Source of the DNA: Desulfobulbaceae bacterium
GTDB lineage: Bacteria; Bacteroidota; Ignavibacteria; Kapaibacteriales; UBA2268
NCBI GenBank assembly: GCA_018335795.1
Contig: JAGXRP010000021.1
Span: 86 to 64,085 of the forward strand
Direction: 5' to 3'
Length of the DNA stretch: 64,000 bases
Part shown: piece after piece, positions 50,625 through 59,049 of the stretch
Layout: each line of letters starts with the position of its first letter
Numbering within the stretch: the first letter of the stretch is position 1
Program-made: the position numbers and the translations under genes
The notes under the pieces: model-generated
Seen by the model: only the letters and a program-made list of their open reading frames with translations
What the model was told of the DNA's origin: nothing
The model's database searches: none

Positions 50625-52076
50625 TTATATTCCGTATTTTGATATAAATTCATCAAATCTTTTCATACATCTTTCTTTGCCGATTAACTGCATTGTGTCG
50701 AACATTCCGGCACCATTTGGCTTTCCTGTCAAAATCAATCTCAATGGGTGAATTATTTCTCCCATCTTTTTATTTGACGTTTTAGAATAATCTTTCGTAA
50801 CAGCCGCAATTTCATCGTGAGTAAAACTTTCCAAATTACTGTATATTTCAATCAAGGGCACAACTAAATTCCGAGTTTCTAAATTCCAATGTTTAGCTAA
50901 GTATTCCTCATCAATTGAATATTCGTCAGCAAACATATAGCTTGCAAAAGTCGGAATTTCGCTCACGAAAATGACCCGTTCGCGGAATAAATGTGCAATC
51001 GCCGCCGTTGTTGTGCTATCTGCGGACTTAAAGCCTTGTTTAGACAATTCTGTTTCGAGCATGATGCCGAGCGTTTCTGCGGGCAAATCCTTCAAATATT
51101 GCTGCTGCATCCAATCCAATTTAGCCGTATCGAAAACTGCGCCACCTTTGTTTACTTTTTCGAGATTGAACAAGTCAATTAACTCCTCAATGGCATAAAT
51201 TTCGCGGTCGGCGGTCGGATTCCACCCTAATAGAGCGATGAAATTGACAAAAGCATCGCGGAGATAGCCCTTGTCACGGAAATCTTCAACCGCAACTGAA
51301 CCTTGTCGTTTGCTGAGTTTGCTCTTATCGTGATTGAGCAAAAGCGGCAAATGTGCAAATTGGGGAGTCTGCCAACCGAAAAAATTATACAGCAAAACAT
51401 GCTTCGGCGTTGATGGCAACCATTCCTCGCCACGAATGACGTGAGTAATACTCATTGTGTAATCATCAACGACGTTTGCCAGATGATAAGTCGGGAATCC
51501 ATCTGATTTGAGCAAGATTTGGTCATCAATATCATTCGTATTGACTGACACATCGCCACGAATCAAATCTTGAAAGCGTACTTCCTGATTTTCGGGAACT
51601 TTCAGCCTAACGACGTATTCAGCGCCACCATCAAGCAATTCTTGAGTTTTTTCAGCACCCAGAGTGAATTGATTTTTCATCACTTTGCGGTCGTACTTTG
51701 TGTCGAAAGAATCCGTTTTACTTTCTCGCATCACTGCAATTTCATCTTGAGTATCAAAGGCATAGTAGGCATGACCGCTGCCAATCAACTCTGCAACGTA
51801 TTTTTGGTAAATCGCCAAACGCTCAGATTGGACATAAGGACCGAAATCGCCGCCAACATGAGGTCCTTCGTCATATTCAACACCTGCCCATTTGAGCGAG
51901 TCAATCAGCTTTTCGGTAGCATTTTCGACCAATCTTGTCCTGTCGGTATCTTCAATTCTCAATATCATCGCGCCACCATGCTTGCGTGCAAACAAATAGT
52001 TGTACAATGCCGTTCGTAAGCCGCCTACGTGCAAATAACCCGTTGGTGATGGTGCAAATCTGACTCTAACTTTCAT
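50625..52076 (-). CDS. gltX: Glutamate--tRNA ligase
   Basis: VRVRFAPSPTGYLHVGG, RIEDTD, YVQSER, YHLANVVDD, HVIRGEEW, KLSKR. Start ATG at 52076. Confidence 0.97.
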   Translation of the reverse strand: MKVRVRFAPSPTGYLHVGGLRTALYNYLFARKHGGAMILRIEDTDRTRLVENATEKLIDSLKWAGVEYDEGPHVGGDFGPYVQSERLAIYQKYVAELIGSGHAYYAFDTQDEIAVMRESKTDSFDTKYDRKVMKNQFTLGAEKTQELLDGGAEYVVRLKVPENQEVRFQDLIRGDVSVNTNDIDDQILLKSDGFPTYHLANVVDDYTMSITHVIRGEEWLPSTPKHVLLYNFFGWQTPQFAHLPLLLNHDKSKLSKRQGSVAVEDFRDKGYLRDAFVNFIALLGWNPTADREIYAIEELIDLFNLEKVNKGGAVFDTAKLDWMQQQYLKDLPAETLGIMLETELSKQGFKSADSTTTAAIAHLFRERVIFVSEIPTFASYMFADEYSIDEEYLAKHWNLETRNLVVPLIEIYSNLESFTHDEIAAVTKDYSKTSNKKMGEIIHPLRLILTGKPNGAGMFDTMQLIGKERCMKRFDEFISKYGI

Positions 52077-52220
52077 CAATTTTAATTTTCTTAATTTTAC
52101 ATTTAAACGAATATGCAAAATAACTAAATTTTTCCATATTGCTTATGAAATCAATCAGATTAGAGCAGATTTAAGAGTGAATAAATTTAAATATTCTATA
52201 CATGAGAGCACTGTCTGAAC

Positions 52221-52256
52221 TGTGATTTGTATGATTATGGTGATTGTTGTGATTAT
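52221..52256. repeat. Four imperfect 9-bp tandem repeats (TGATT core)
   Basis: tgtgatttg tatgattat ggtgattgt tgtgattat. Confidence 0.6.
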
Positions 52257-52272
52257 GAAATGTTTAATATTC

Positions 52273-52305
52273 AGATGGACTCCACCTCGCAGGTGGAGTC
52301 CATCT
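52273..52305. repeat. REP-like perfect palindrome, family A (intergenic)
   Basis: AGATGGACTCCACCT-cgc-AGGTGGAGTCCATCT: 15-bp stem, 3-nt loop, no U-tract. Confidence 0.8.
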
Positions 52306-52313
52306 AAGTCAGG

Positions 52314-53912
52314 CTACATCTTCACAAACATCTGCGTCCTATTGCCGAGTCGCAGATAATACACACCACGATGAAGATGGGAAATATCAATGCGTTGTAG
52401 ATGTCCAACATCTCCAAGATGTTGGACATCTGCTAATTCAAGCACGCATTCGCCAAGAGTATTGAAGATTTGGACAGCGGAACCTTCCGAAGGCTCGAAA
52501 CCTTCGGAAGGTTTCGAAATTGTAATATATTCGCTTGCGGGGTTAGGGCTAATTATTGCGCTGATTTGCACTGATTCGGTGATGCTTGTTGGTTGATTGC
52601 AAATACTGCCGGTGCGGTGAATATTGTTCTGGAACATTGTCCAGTCGGGTCCTTGTCCGGTTCCTGCCGAAATTGCGTATGCTCTGCCGTAATTGCTTTG
52701 CCAATTGGGGTATTCGACAAAACCCCCAATGATGAAAACATCGAGTATTCCGTCGGCGTCAAAATCAGCAACTACCGGAGCATGGTCTATCGAAAACTCT
52801 TTCCCGATGTGGGCAGCAAGGTCAAGAGTCCAAATTTCTGAGCCGTCAATTCCACTAAGCGCTATTACTTGTCCGCCCGTGGTGCCGAAAATCACATCGG
52901 GCAATCCGTCGTCGTCAATATCGGAAAGTGCCGCTCCACGAAAAGATTGCTTGAAATCGGGGATATCATATTCCCACATTACAGTTCCATCAAATTTGAG
53001 TGCATAATAGCGATAGTAGCTCGAAAACACCATTTCGCATTTTCCGTCGCCATCTAAATCTCCGGCAACGACAGGCGAGCCGACATAGGAAATGGCTCTA
53101 AATTTCCAAATCTGCGCACCATCTCCGGCATTTATCGCATACAAATTGCCGTCGTAATCGCCAATTATCAAATCCAATTTACCGTCTTCGTTTACATCGA
53201 GCAATGTTGTGCCATGATAAACCACATCTGCCAAATCGAATGTCCACATTAGTACTTGGTCGTAACCGCGATATGCATAAACTTTGCTTTGATTATTTTC
53301 CTTATTAAATTCCCACGACGCTACTACGAAATCTAATTTTCCGTCACCGTCAAGGTCAACAATTGTCGGGGCAGTTTGAATCCATGAGTTTGTATCCACT
53401 TTTAAGTCCCATTTTTTAATGCCATCGCTTGCGTTGATACATATTACATATCCGCCGAATTGCCCGTGTAAAATCTCCAATTTCCCATCGGTGTCAATAT
53501 CGGCAATTGTAGGAGGTGAATCGCTGCCGCGCGTGAGAGTTTTCCATTTTACTTCGCCTGTTGCTCCATCGAAACAATAGGTGTAGGGATTGCAAGAACT
53601 TGCGACGATAACGTCCAGCAAGCCATCGCCGTCAACGTCGTAAATAAGCGGGGCGGTGTCATTGCAACCCTCCTGCCAATCAGTAGTATTGTACTTCCAG
53701 AGCAATGTGCCATCATCCAAATTGAGAGCATAAACCATGCTATCGTTGCGATAACACCCGAACACTACTTCCAATTTACCGTCATGGTCAAAGTCGGCGA
53801 GTGTGGATTGCCCGTAGGAATTGTCGTTCAGGTCGTACCACCACTTAATTTCAGGTACTTCTGCAACAGAATGGATTGCAATCAACATAAAAATTAGAAT
53901 CAAAATTTTCAT
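52314..53912 (-). CDS. FG-GAP/VCBS-repeat beta-propeller protein with T9SS CTD
   Basis: Signal peptide, eight D(F/V/I/L)DxDGxxD/E motifs, ISPNPASEYITI...IFNTLGECV...ISHLHRGVYYLR...MFVKM. Confidence 0.9.
   Translation of the reverse strand: MKILILIFMLIAIHSVAEVPEIKWWYDLNDNSYGQSTLADFDHDGKLEVVFGCYRNDSMVYALNLDDGTLLWKYNTTDWQEGCNDTAPLIYDVDGDGLLDVIVASSCNPYTYCFDGATGEVKWKTLTRGSDSPPTIADIDTDGKLEILHGQFGGYVICINASDGIKKWDLKVDTNSWIQTAPTIVDLDGDGKLDFVVASWEFNKENNQSKVYAYRGYDQVLMWTFDLADVVYHGTTLLDVNEDGKLDLIIGDYDGNLYAINAGDGAQIWKFRAISYVGSPVVAGDLDGDGKCEMVFSSYYRYYALKFDGTVMWEYDIPDFKQSFRGAALSDIDDDGLPDVIFGTTGGQVIALSGIDGSEIWTLDLAAHIGKEFSIDHAPVVADFDADGILDVFIIGGFVEYPNWQSNYGRAYAISAGTGQGPDWTMFQNNIHRTGSICNQPTSITESVQISAIISPNPASEYITISKPSEGFEPSEGSAVQIFNTLGECVLELADVQHLGDVGHLQRIDISHLHRGVYYLRLGNRTQMFVKM
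52399..52431. repeat. REP-like perfect palindrome, family A, in frame within the CTD
   Basis: AGATGTCCAACATCT-cca-AGATGTTGGACATCT, encoding DVQHLGDVGHL. Confidence 0.8.
52481..52513. repeat. REP-like perfect palindrome, family B, in frame within the CTD
   Basis: AACCTTCCGAAGG-ctcgaaa-CCTTCGGAAGGTT, encoding KPSEGFEPSEG. Confidence 0.8.
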
Positions 53913-54207
53913 ACATTTACCCTTGATATTGATTTTACAAACATAATAAAAGACTGTGAATAAGTTGTCGAAATAGGTGAATATTTTAATTAGTGAATTT
54001 CCAAATTAACAATATTGACTACCCTATTGCTTATAAACAATTCATATTCACACCAAACGTGATAAATTAATATTCAAAACCAATGTATTGATTGGATTTC
54101 TTTAAAGTTTGTAGATTTTTTTCAAATGAAAGCTTGATAAAAATTAGCTTTGACTAAAAATTAATTTTCAATTGTTAAAATCTAAGTGAAATTATTTATA
54201 TTCGCAT

Positions 54208-55974
54208 ATGGAACAAATTATAGTTTTTGCAACACTTTTTATAGTTTTGGTGCTATTTGCATGGGGACGAATTCGTCATGATTTCGTCGCCTTGATTGCT
54301 TTGTTTATTCTTGTCATAGCGGGCATCGTAGCTCCGGCAGACGCCTTCCTCGGATTTGGTCACCCTGCTGTCATTACTGTTGCTGCTGTGCTTATTATCG
54401 GAAAGGGAATCGAATACTCGGGTTTGATGGATTTGCTCGGCAAATGGATGATGAAAATTGGTAATAATGTTACACTCCAAGTGTTAGGATTGACTGCTAT
54501 GACGGGGATTGCATCTGCGTTCATGAACAACGTCGGTGCTTTGGCAATTATGATGCCGATTGCGATACATTTAGCTCGCAAAAGTAGCAATCCACCATCA
54601 TATTTTTTGATGCCGATAGCTTTTGCATCATTGCTTGGTGGTATGACAACGTTGATAGGTACTCCGCCTAACATTATTGCATCATCTTTTCGAATGAATG
54701 AATTTGGTACACCATTTCAATTGTTCGATTTCGCTCCTGTTGGCGTCATAGTTCTTGTTGCAGGAATTTTATTCATAAGTTTGATTGGCTGGAGATTGTT
54801 ACCAAAACGCTCTGCAGAAAAGTCAGAAAAAGACTTATTCAATATTGATGATTATATCACGGAAGTCAGAGTTACAGCCCGCTCTAAAATGGAAAATTCA
54901 CTTATAGAGAATTTGAAAAAAAGCACTAAAACCGATATCCAAATTCTTGGATTAATACGGCATAACGAAAGAATTCATGCTCCCGACCCAAAGGAAGAGT
55001 TGAAAGTTGACGATATTATTATCATTGAAACAGATGCCGACGAATTGAGTAATTTTCTCGATTCGACCGGTTTTGAACTTGTCGGCGGCAAAACACTCTA
55101 CAAAGAAGCCGGTGGCTCGGAATACATTACGACAACCGAAGCCATTGTCATGGCTGATTCACCTATCGTCGGGCAAACAGCAACAAGTTCGCAAATGCGT
55201 ACTCGTTTTGAAGTTAATCTTCTTGCAGTTGCTCGCCGAGAAACAAAAATTCATCGCCGATTAGACCAAATAATTTTCCGTACAGGAGATGTGCTATTGC
55301 TACAAGGAAAAGCAAACACAGTTGACGAGGTAATTAAAACTATTGGATGCTTGCCTCTGGCACGTCGCGGATTGAGATTGGGCTATCAGAAAAAAATATT
55401 GTTGACTATGAGCATTTTCATTGCTTCAATATTGCTTGTTGTTTTTGATTTACTCGAAGTACAAGTGGCATTTTCCTTAGCAGCAGTTACAATGATTTTG
55501 AGCGGAATACTGCCCCTCAAAGACGTTTACACAAGTATTGATTGGCCCGTAATAGTTTTGCTCGGTGCAATGATGCCGGTGGGTTTTGCACTCGAGACTT
55601 CCGGTGGAGCCGCCGCTATCGGGTCGCAAATTCTGCACATAGGCACTTCATTCCCAACGTGGGCAATGATAGCGATTGTATTAATCATCACGATGACTTT
55701 ATCGGATGTGATTAATAATGCAGCGACCGTTGTGTTAATGGCGCCAATAGCCTTGAACGTCGCACATGGGCTGGGTGTAAACTCGGATGCCTTTATTATG
55801 GCTGTTGCAATAGGTGCATCTTGCGCATTCTTAACTCCTATCGGTCACCAATCAAACACTCTCGTCATGGGTCCCGGCGGTTATCGCTTTACCGATTATT
55901 GGAGAATGGGATTGCCTCTTGAAATCATTATCATAATAATTAGTGTACCATTGATAATGTTTTTCTGGTTATGA
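54208..55974 (+). CDS. SLC13-family permease with TrkA-C domains
   Basis: SAFMNNVGA, LGGMTTLIGTPPNII, two central TrkA-C-like repeats, AFLTPIGHQSNTLVMGPGGYRFTDYWRMGLPL. Confidence 0.92.
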   Translation: MEQIIVFATLFIVLVLFAWGRIRHDFVALIALFILVIAGIVAPADAFLGFGHPAVITVAAVLIIGKGIEYSGLMDLLGKWMMKIGNNVTLQVLGLTAMTGIASAFMNNVGALAIMMPIAIHLARKSSNPPSYFLMPIAFASLLGGMTTLIGTPPNIIASSFRMNEFGTPFQLFDFAPVGVIVLVAGILFISLIGWRLLPKRSAEKSEKDLFNIDDYITEVRVTARSKMENSLIENLKKSTKTDIQILGLIRHNERIHAPDPKEELKVDDIIIIETDADELSNFLDSTGFELVGGKTLYKEAGGSEYITTTEAIVMADSPIVGQTATSSQMRTRFEVNLLAVARRETKIHRRLDQIIFRTGDVLLLQGKANTVDEVIKTIGCLPLARRGLRLGYQKKILLTMSIFIASILLVVFDLLEVQVAFSLAAVTMILSGILPLKDVYTSIDWPVIVLLGAMMPVGFALETSGGAAAIGSQILHIGTSFPTWAMIAIVLIITMTLSDVINNAATVVLMAPIALNVAHGLGVNSDAFIMAVAIGASCAFLTPIGHQSNTLVMGPGGYRFTDYWRMGLPLEIIIIIISVPLIMFFWL

Positions 55975-56084
55975 TAAGTCGTAGTTTAAGACTAATTGTA
56001 CAATTATTCAACGCACCTTGTCTCTAATCGAAAAAAGGTGAAAGATAGACTAGAATAGCCCGAAAGCCGCTCCTACCAATTGTA

Positions 56085-56277
56085 AGAATGGATTAGGCGA
56101 TGTACTATTTTTTTTTACCTGGAATAATTCTAGTAAATGAGTGAAAAACTTGATTTGGAAAATCAATGCTTGATTTACCACAAAACTGCCTGAGTCGTAC
56201 AGAACCGCCGTATGATAAACGGTGCTTGCGGTGTTGCGAGAGGACATTGTGTATCTATACCATAACTCCTACTCGAT
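56085..56277 (+). mobile_element. Degenerate 3' remnant of a bacterial class C group II intron (maturase scrap + D5/D6)
   Basis: GAACCGCCGTAT...CGGT...GAGAGGAC...CTCCTACTCGAT (56202..56277) matches the IIC D5/D6 end. Upstream GAATGGATTAGGCGA encodes EWIRR, as in maturase domain X. Confidence 0.75.
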
Positions 56278-56330
56278 TATAGTGTTTAATAAATATTTTT
56301 TTTTGTTTTTTTTTTGTATATTTGTATTAG

Positions 56331-56369
56331 TTTAATGAGGATTATATTTGGGTTCTAATCCTCATTAAA
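56331..56369. promoter_or_regulatory. 14-bp perfect inverted repeat at the cytochrome promoter
   Basis: TTTAATGAGGATTA-11 nt-TAATCCTCATTAAA. TATATTTG boxes at 56317 and 56343. Confidence 0.6.
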
Positions 56370-56411
56370 TTAATATAAATTCAATGTATAGAACCCACAT
56401 TAGGAGTTGTT

Positions 56412-57908
56412 ATGTTAAAAATTTTACTACTCTCAATTTTTGTATTATTTTTGGGTTATCAAAGTATGATAGCTCAAGAATTTGCCGGCAGTGAATCATG
56501 CAAAGGTTGCCACCCTGCAGCTTATGCAAATTGGAAACAATCCGGACATCCGTATAAAATACAAAAGCTTGATGGGACCAATGGTCCAACTTATCCTGTC
56601 CTATCTTCCCAAAAGACAATAGGAACAGTAATAAACTACACTTTGCATACCGGAGTACCTGAACCTCCTGAAGGTTTGCAATGGAGTGAAATTAGCTTTG
56701 TTCTTGGTGGCTATTGGTCAAATGCTCGCTTCTTAGACAAAGAAGGGTACTTAATCTGGGGAGCAAAACGCCAATATAACCTTGCTACTAGAAAGTGGGT
56801 AAATTATACACAAGCCGATCCCGGGAAAGGGTCATATTCTTACAGTTGCTATCGTTGCCATACAACGGGACCAAGCAAAGAAAAAACACCCGCATTTGAA
56901 GCATATCCCGGTATACAAGGAAGTTGGGCTGAGGCTGGCATTGGATGTGAAGGTTGTCACGGACCAGCAAAATCTCATGTTTCAAATCCTGGTCAGAAAC
57001 CAAGCATAAATCGCGAATGTCTTCCTTGCCATGCTCGTGACAGAGACTTCGAAACAACTACTTATACATGGAATAAAAGAGTTGAATGGCAATCAAGAAC
57101 AGTCAGCGATGTAGCAACCGGTTTTATTCGTCACCGTGAGCAAGGCGATATGATGCTTGCTTCAAAACATGGTGAAATGGGCTTCAATTGTGCAACTTGC
57201 CATGACCCACATAAAGGCGTTTATTTCAATTTAGGTGGAATTAAACCAAGTGCAAGTTGTGAAAATTGCCACACAAATAAAACTATAGTGGGACATGAAT
57301 TTTCAAAAACAAACGCTTCATGTATTGATTGCCACATGCCAAAAGCGGCAAGAAATGGTGACCAATTATCGCCATATGTATCGGAACAAAGCGCACACTA
57401 TTGGAAAATAATTACTGACCCAATAACTATGTTTGAAAATCTGGAGGATATTTCTAATACTGCCACACCTCCTGCTACTTTCAAGTTCATCAAAGTTGAT
57501 GATAATGGAATATCAGGAACAACTTTGGAATACTCATGTTTGCAATGCCATACTGCAAAAGATGTTCAGTGGGCTTCTATTTATGCCAAAGGAATTCACA
57601 AAAACGGTATTACACATATAAATACTCAACCTGGAACTTCATCTGCTTATTCTTTAGGTCAAAACTACCCTAATCCATTCCAACATAGTACTACTATTAG
57701 CTTTATTTTACCAAAAGCATCAAATGTTACTTTAAATGTTTATAATGCTTTAGGTCAACAGGTAGCTGTACTTATTGACAATGTGTGGATGAATGGAGGT
57801 ACGCATAAAATTGATTTCCATGCAAAAGGATTACCTAACGGAGCTTATATATACAGCATTCAAGCTAATAATTTTGGATTTTCACGTAAAATGATTTTGA
57901 GTCAATAA
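56412..57908 (+). CDS. Octaheme c-type cytochrome with T9SS C-terminal sorting domain
   Basis: Signal peptide. Eight CXXCH motifs: CKGCH, CYRCH, CEGCH, CLPCH, CATCH, CENCH, CIDCH, CLQCH. Tail LGQNYPNPF...VYNALGQQV...LPNGAYIYSIQ...KMILSQ. AGGAG RBS. Confidence 0.92.
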   Translation: MLKILLLSIFVLFLGYQSMIAQEFAGSESCKGCHPAAYANWKQSGHPYKIQKLDGTNGPTYPVLSSQKTIGTVINYTLHTGVPEPPEGLQWSEISFVLGGYWSNARFLDKEGYLIWGAKRQYNLATRKWVNYTQADPGKGSYSYSCYRCHTTGPSKEKTPAFEAYPGIQGSWAEAGIGCEGCHGPAKSHVSNPGQKPSINRECLPCHARDRDFETTTYTWNKRVEWQSRTVSDVATGFIRHREQGDMMLASKHGEMGFNCATCHDPHKGVYFNLGGIKPSASCENCHTNKTIVGHEFSKTNASCIDCHMPKAARNGDQLSPYVSEQSAHYWKIITDPITMFENLEDISNTATPPATFKFIKVDDNGISGTTLEYSCLQCHTAKDVQWASIYAKGIHKNGITHINTQPGTSSAYSLGQNYPNPFQHSTTISFILPKASNVTLNVYNALGQQVAVLIDNVWMNGGTHKIDFHAKGLPNGAYIYSIQANNFGFSRKMILSQ

Positions 57909-57932
57909 AAGTTATTGTTCCAAATAAATTTG

Positions 57933-57954
57933 ATTAGGAACTACTCCTAATTTG
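57933..57954 (+). terminator. Weak terminator-like hairpin after the cytochrome
   Basis: ATTAGGA-actac-TCCTAAT followed by TT. Confidence 0.45.
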
Positions 57955-58089
57955 TTAATTGGATACAATATGTCTGAAATTTATAAGTGAAGAATTCTAA
58001 TATTTCAATTAATTTGAAATATTTGAATCCTTCACTTTTTTTATACCATCAGAATTTTTCGATAATCTCTTCTTAATGACATTTTAACA

Positions 58090-58179
58090 CCTAATCATCG
58101 GATGAGAATATCGCATTTGGAGCGTGGAGTGTATTACATCCGTGTAGTCAGCTAATCGAGGATGTTTGTGAAAGTATGA
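58090..58179 (+). pseudogene. Orphan remnant of a T9SS CTD 3' end
   Basis: Translates NHRMRISHLERGVYYIRVVS*SRMFVKV*. Aligns with the 52314 CTD tail ISHLHRGVYYLRLGNRTQMFVKM. Confidence 0.7.
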
Positions 58180-58212
58180 ACTTTGAGGTCTGAACTATAT
58201 GATGTCTGAAAT

Positions 58213-59034
58213 TCAATATCTTTTCATTGTCGAAGCTTGACCGATAAATAAGCCTATGCCGTTGCCATGCACATTCCACTGTACGTTTAAACCATCTGAG
58301 CCAAAGATTCCGCTGTTGCTACTTCCATTATGCCTCGAGTTGAAATAACTATAATATTGCTCATCATAAGAGTAAAGGAAAAATATATATTCTTTAATAT
58401 AATTTTCAATAAACTCTTCACTCATGCTTACATCATAGGAAAATCGAAGAAATTCACTACGGATTTTACCTTCCGAATTCCTGTTATTATAGCTATAAAT
58501 ATCATAACTGTAAAACAAGCTTTTACCTTGGTCGAAATAGGCCGTCTGATATACAGCACCGGGCTTTGGAGCAAATTCGCTATATACTATAACTTCTTTA
58601 TATTTGAAATTTTCGTATTCATATTCAGATTCGACTATTTCGTAGTAAATATCATCCAATTCAACGCGTTCGGGGATAGTTGTTTGCGCTGTAGCAATTT
58701 TCCCTTTCCATTCAGCACGCAAATAATATGTTTTGCCAACTTCGACTAATATATCATCATTTCCATAATATGCGCCGTCGTAAGTCAACTCATAATCATT
58801 GGTACCGTCTGAAATAGTTAATTTTGCATCACTGACAATTGCATTATCCTTGACGTATTCTTCAAGTGGCGGTAAAGTGCGTTCAACTGTAATATATTTG
58901 ATTCCTTGCCCGGGACCAATAACTGCACGAATTACTAATTGTTCCACATATGGCAAAGTGACATCCGAAACTGTTTCTTCGCAAGAGTTTAGGGCGACGC
59001 TGAATATAATTGCTATTATTAATAAATATTTCAT
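58213..59034 (-). CDS. DUF4249 family lipoprotein
   Basis: Lipobox ALNS-C, QLVIRAVI, tail NVHGNGIGLFIG. Directly follows a TonB-dependent receptor. Confidence 0.8.
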   Translation of the reverse strand: MKYLLIIAIIFSVALNSCEETVSDVTLPYVEQLVIRAVIGPGQGIKYITVERTLPPLEEYVKDNAIVSDAKLTISDGTNDYELTYDGAYYGNDDILVEVGKTYYLRAEWKGKIATAQTTIPERVELDDIYYEIVESEYEYENFKYKEVIVYSEFAPKPGAVYQTAYFDQGKSLFYSYDIYSYNNRNSEGKIRSEFLRFSYDVSMSEEFIENYIKEYIFFLYSYDEQYYSYFNSRHNGSSNSGIFGSDGLNVQWNVHGNGIGLFIGQASTMKRY

Positions 59035-59049
59035 TTTATTTTCTCCGAA

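Noticed and set aside
56050-56247. 65-aa minus-strand ORF
   Set aside because: Antisense to the intron remnant and has no protein motif.
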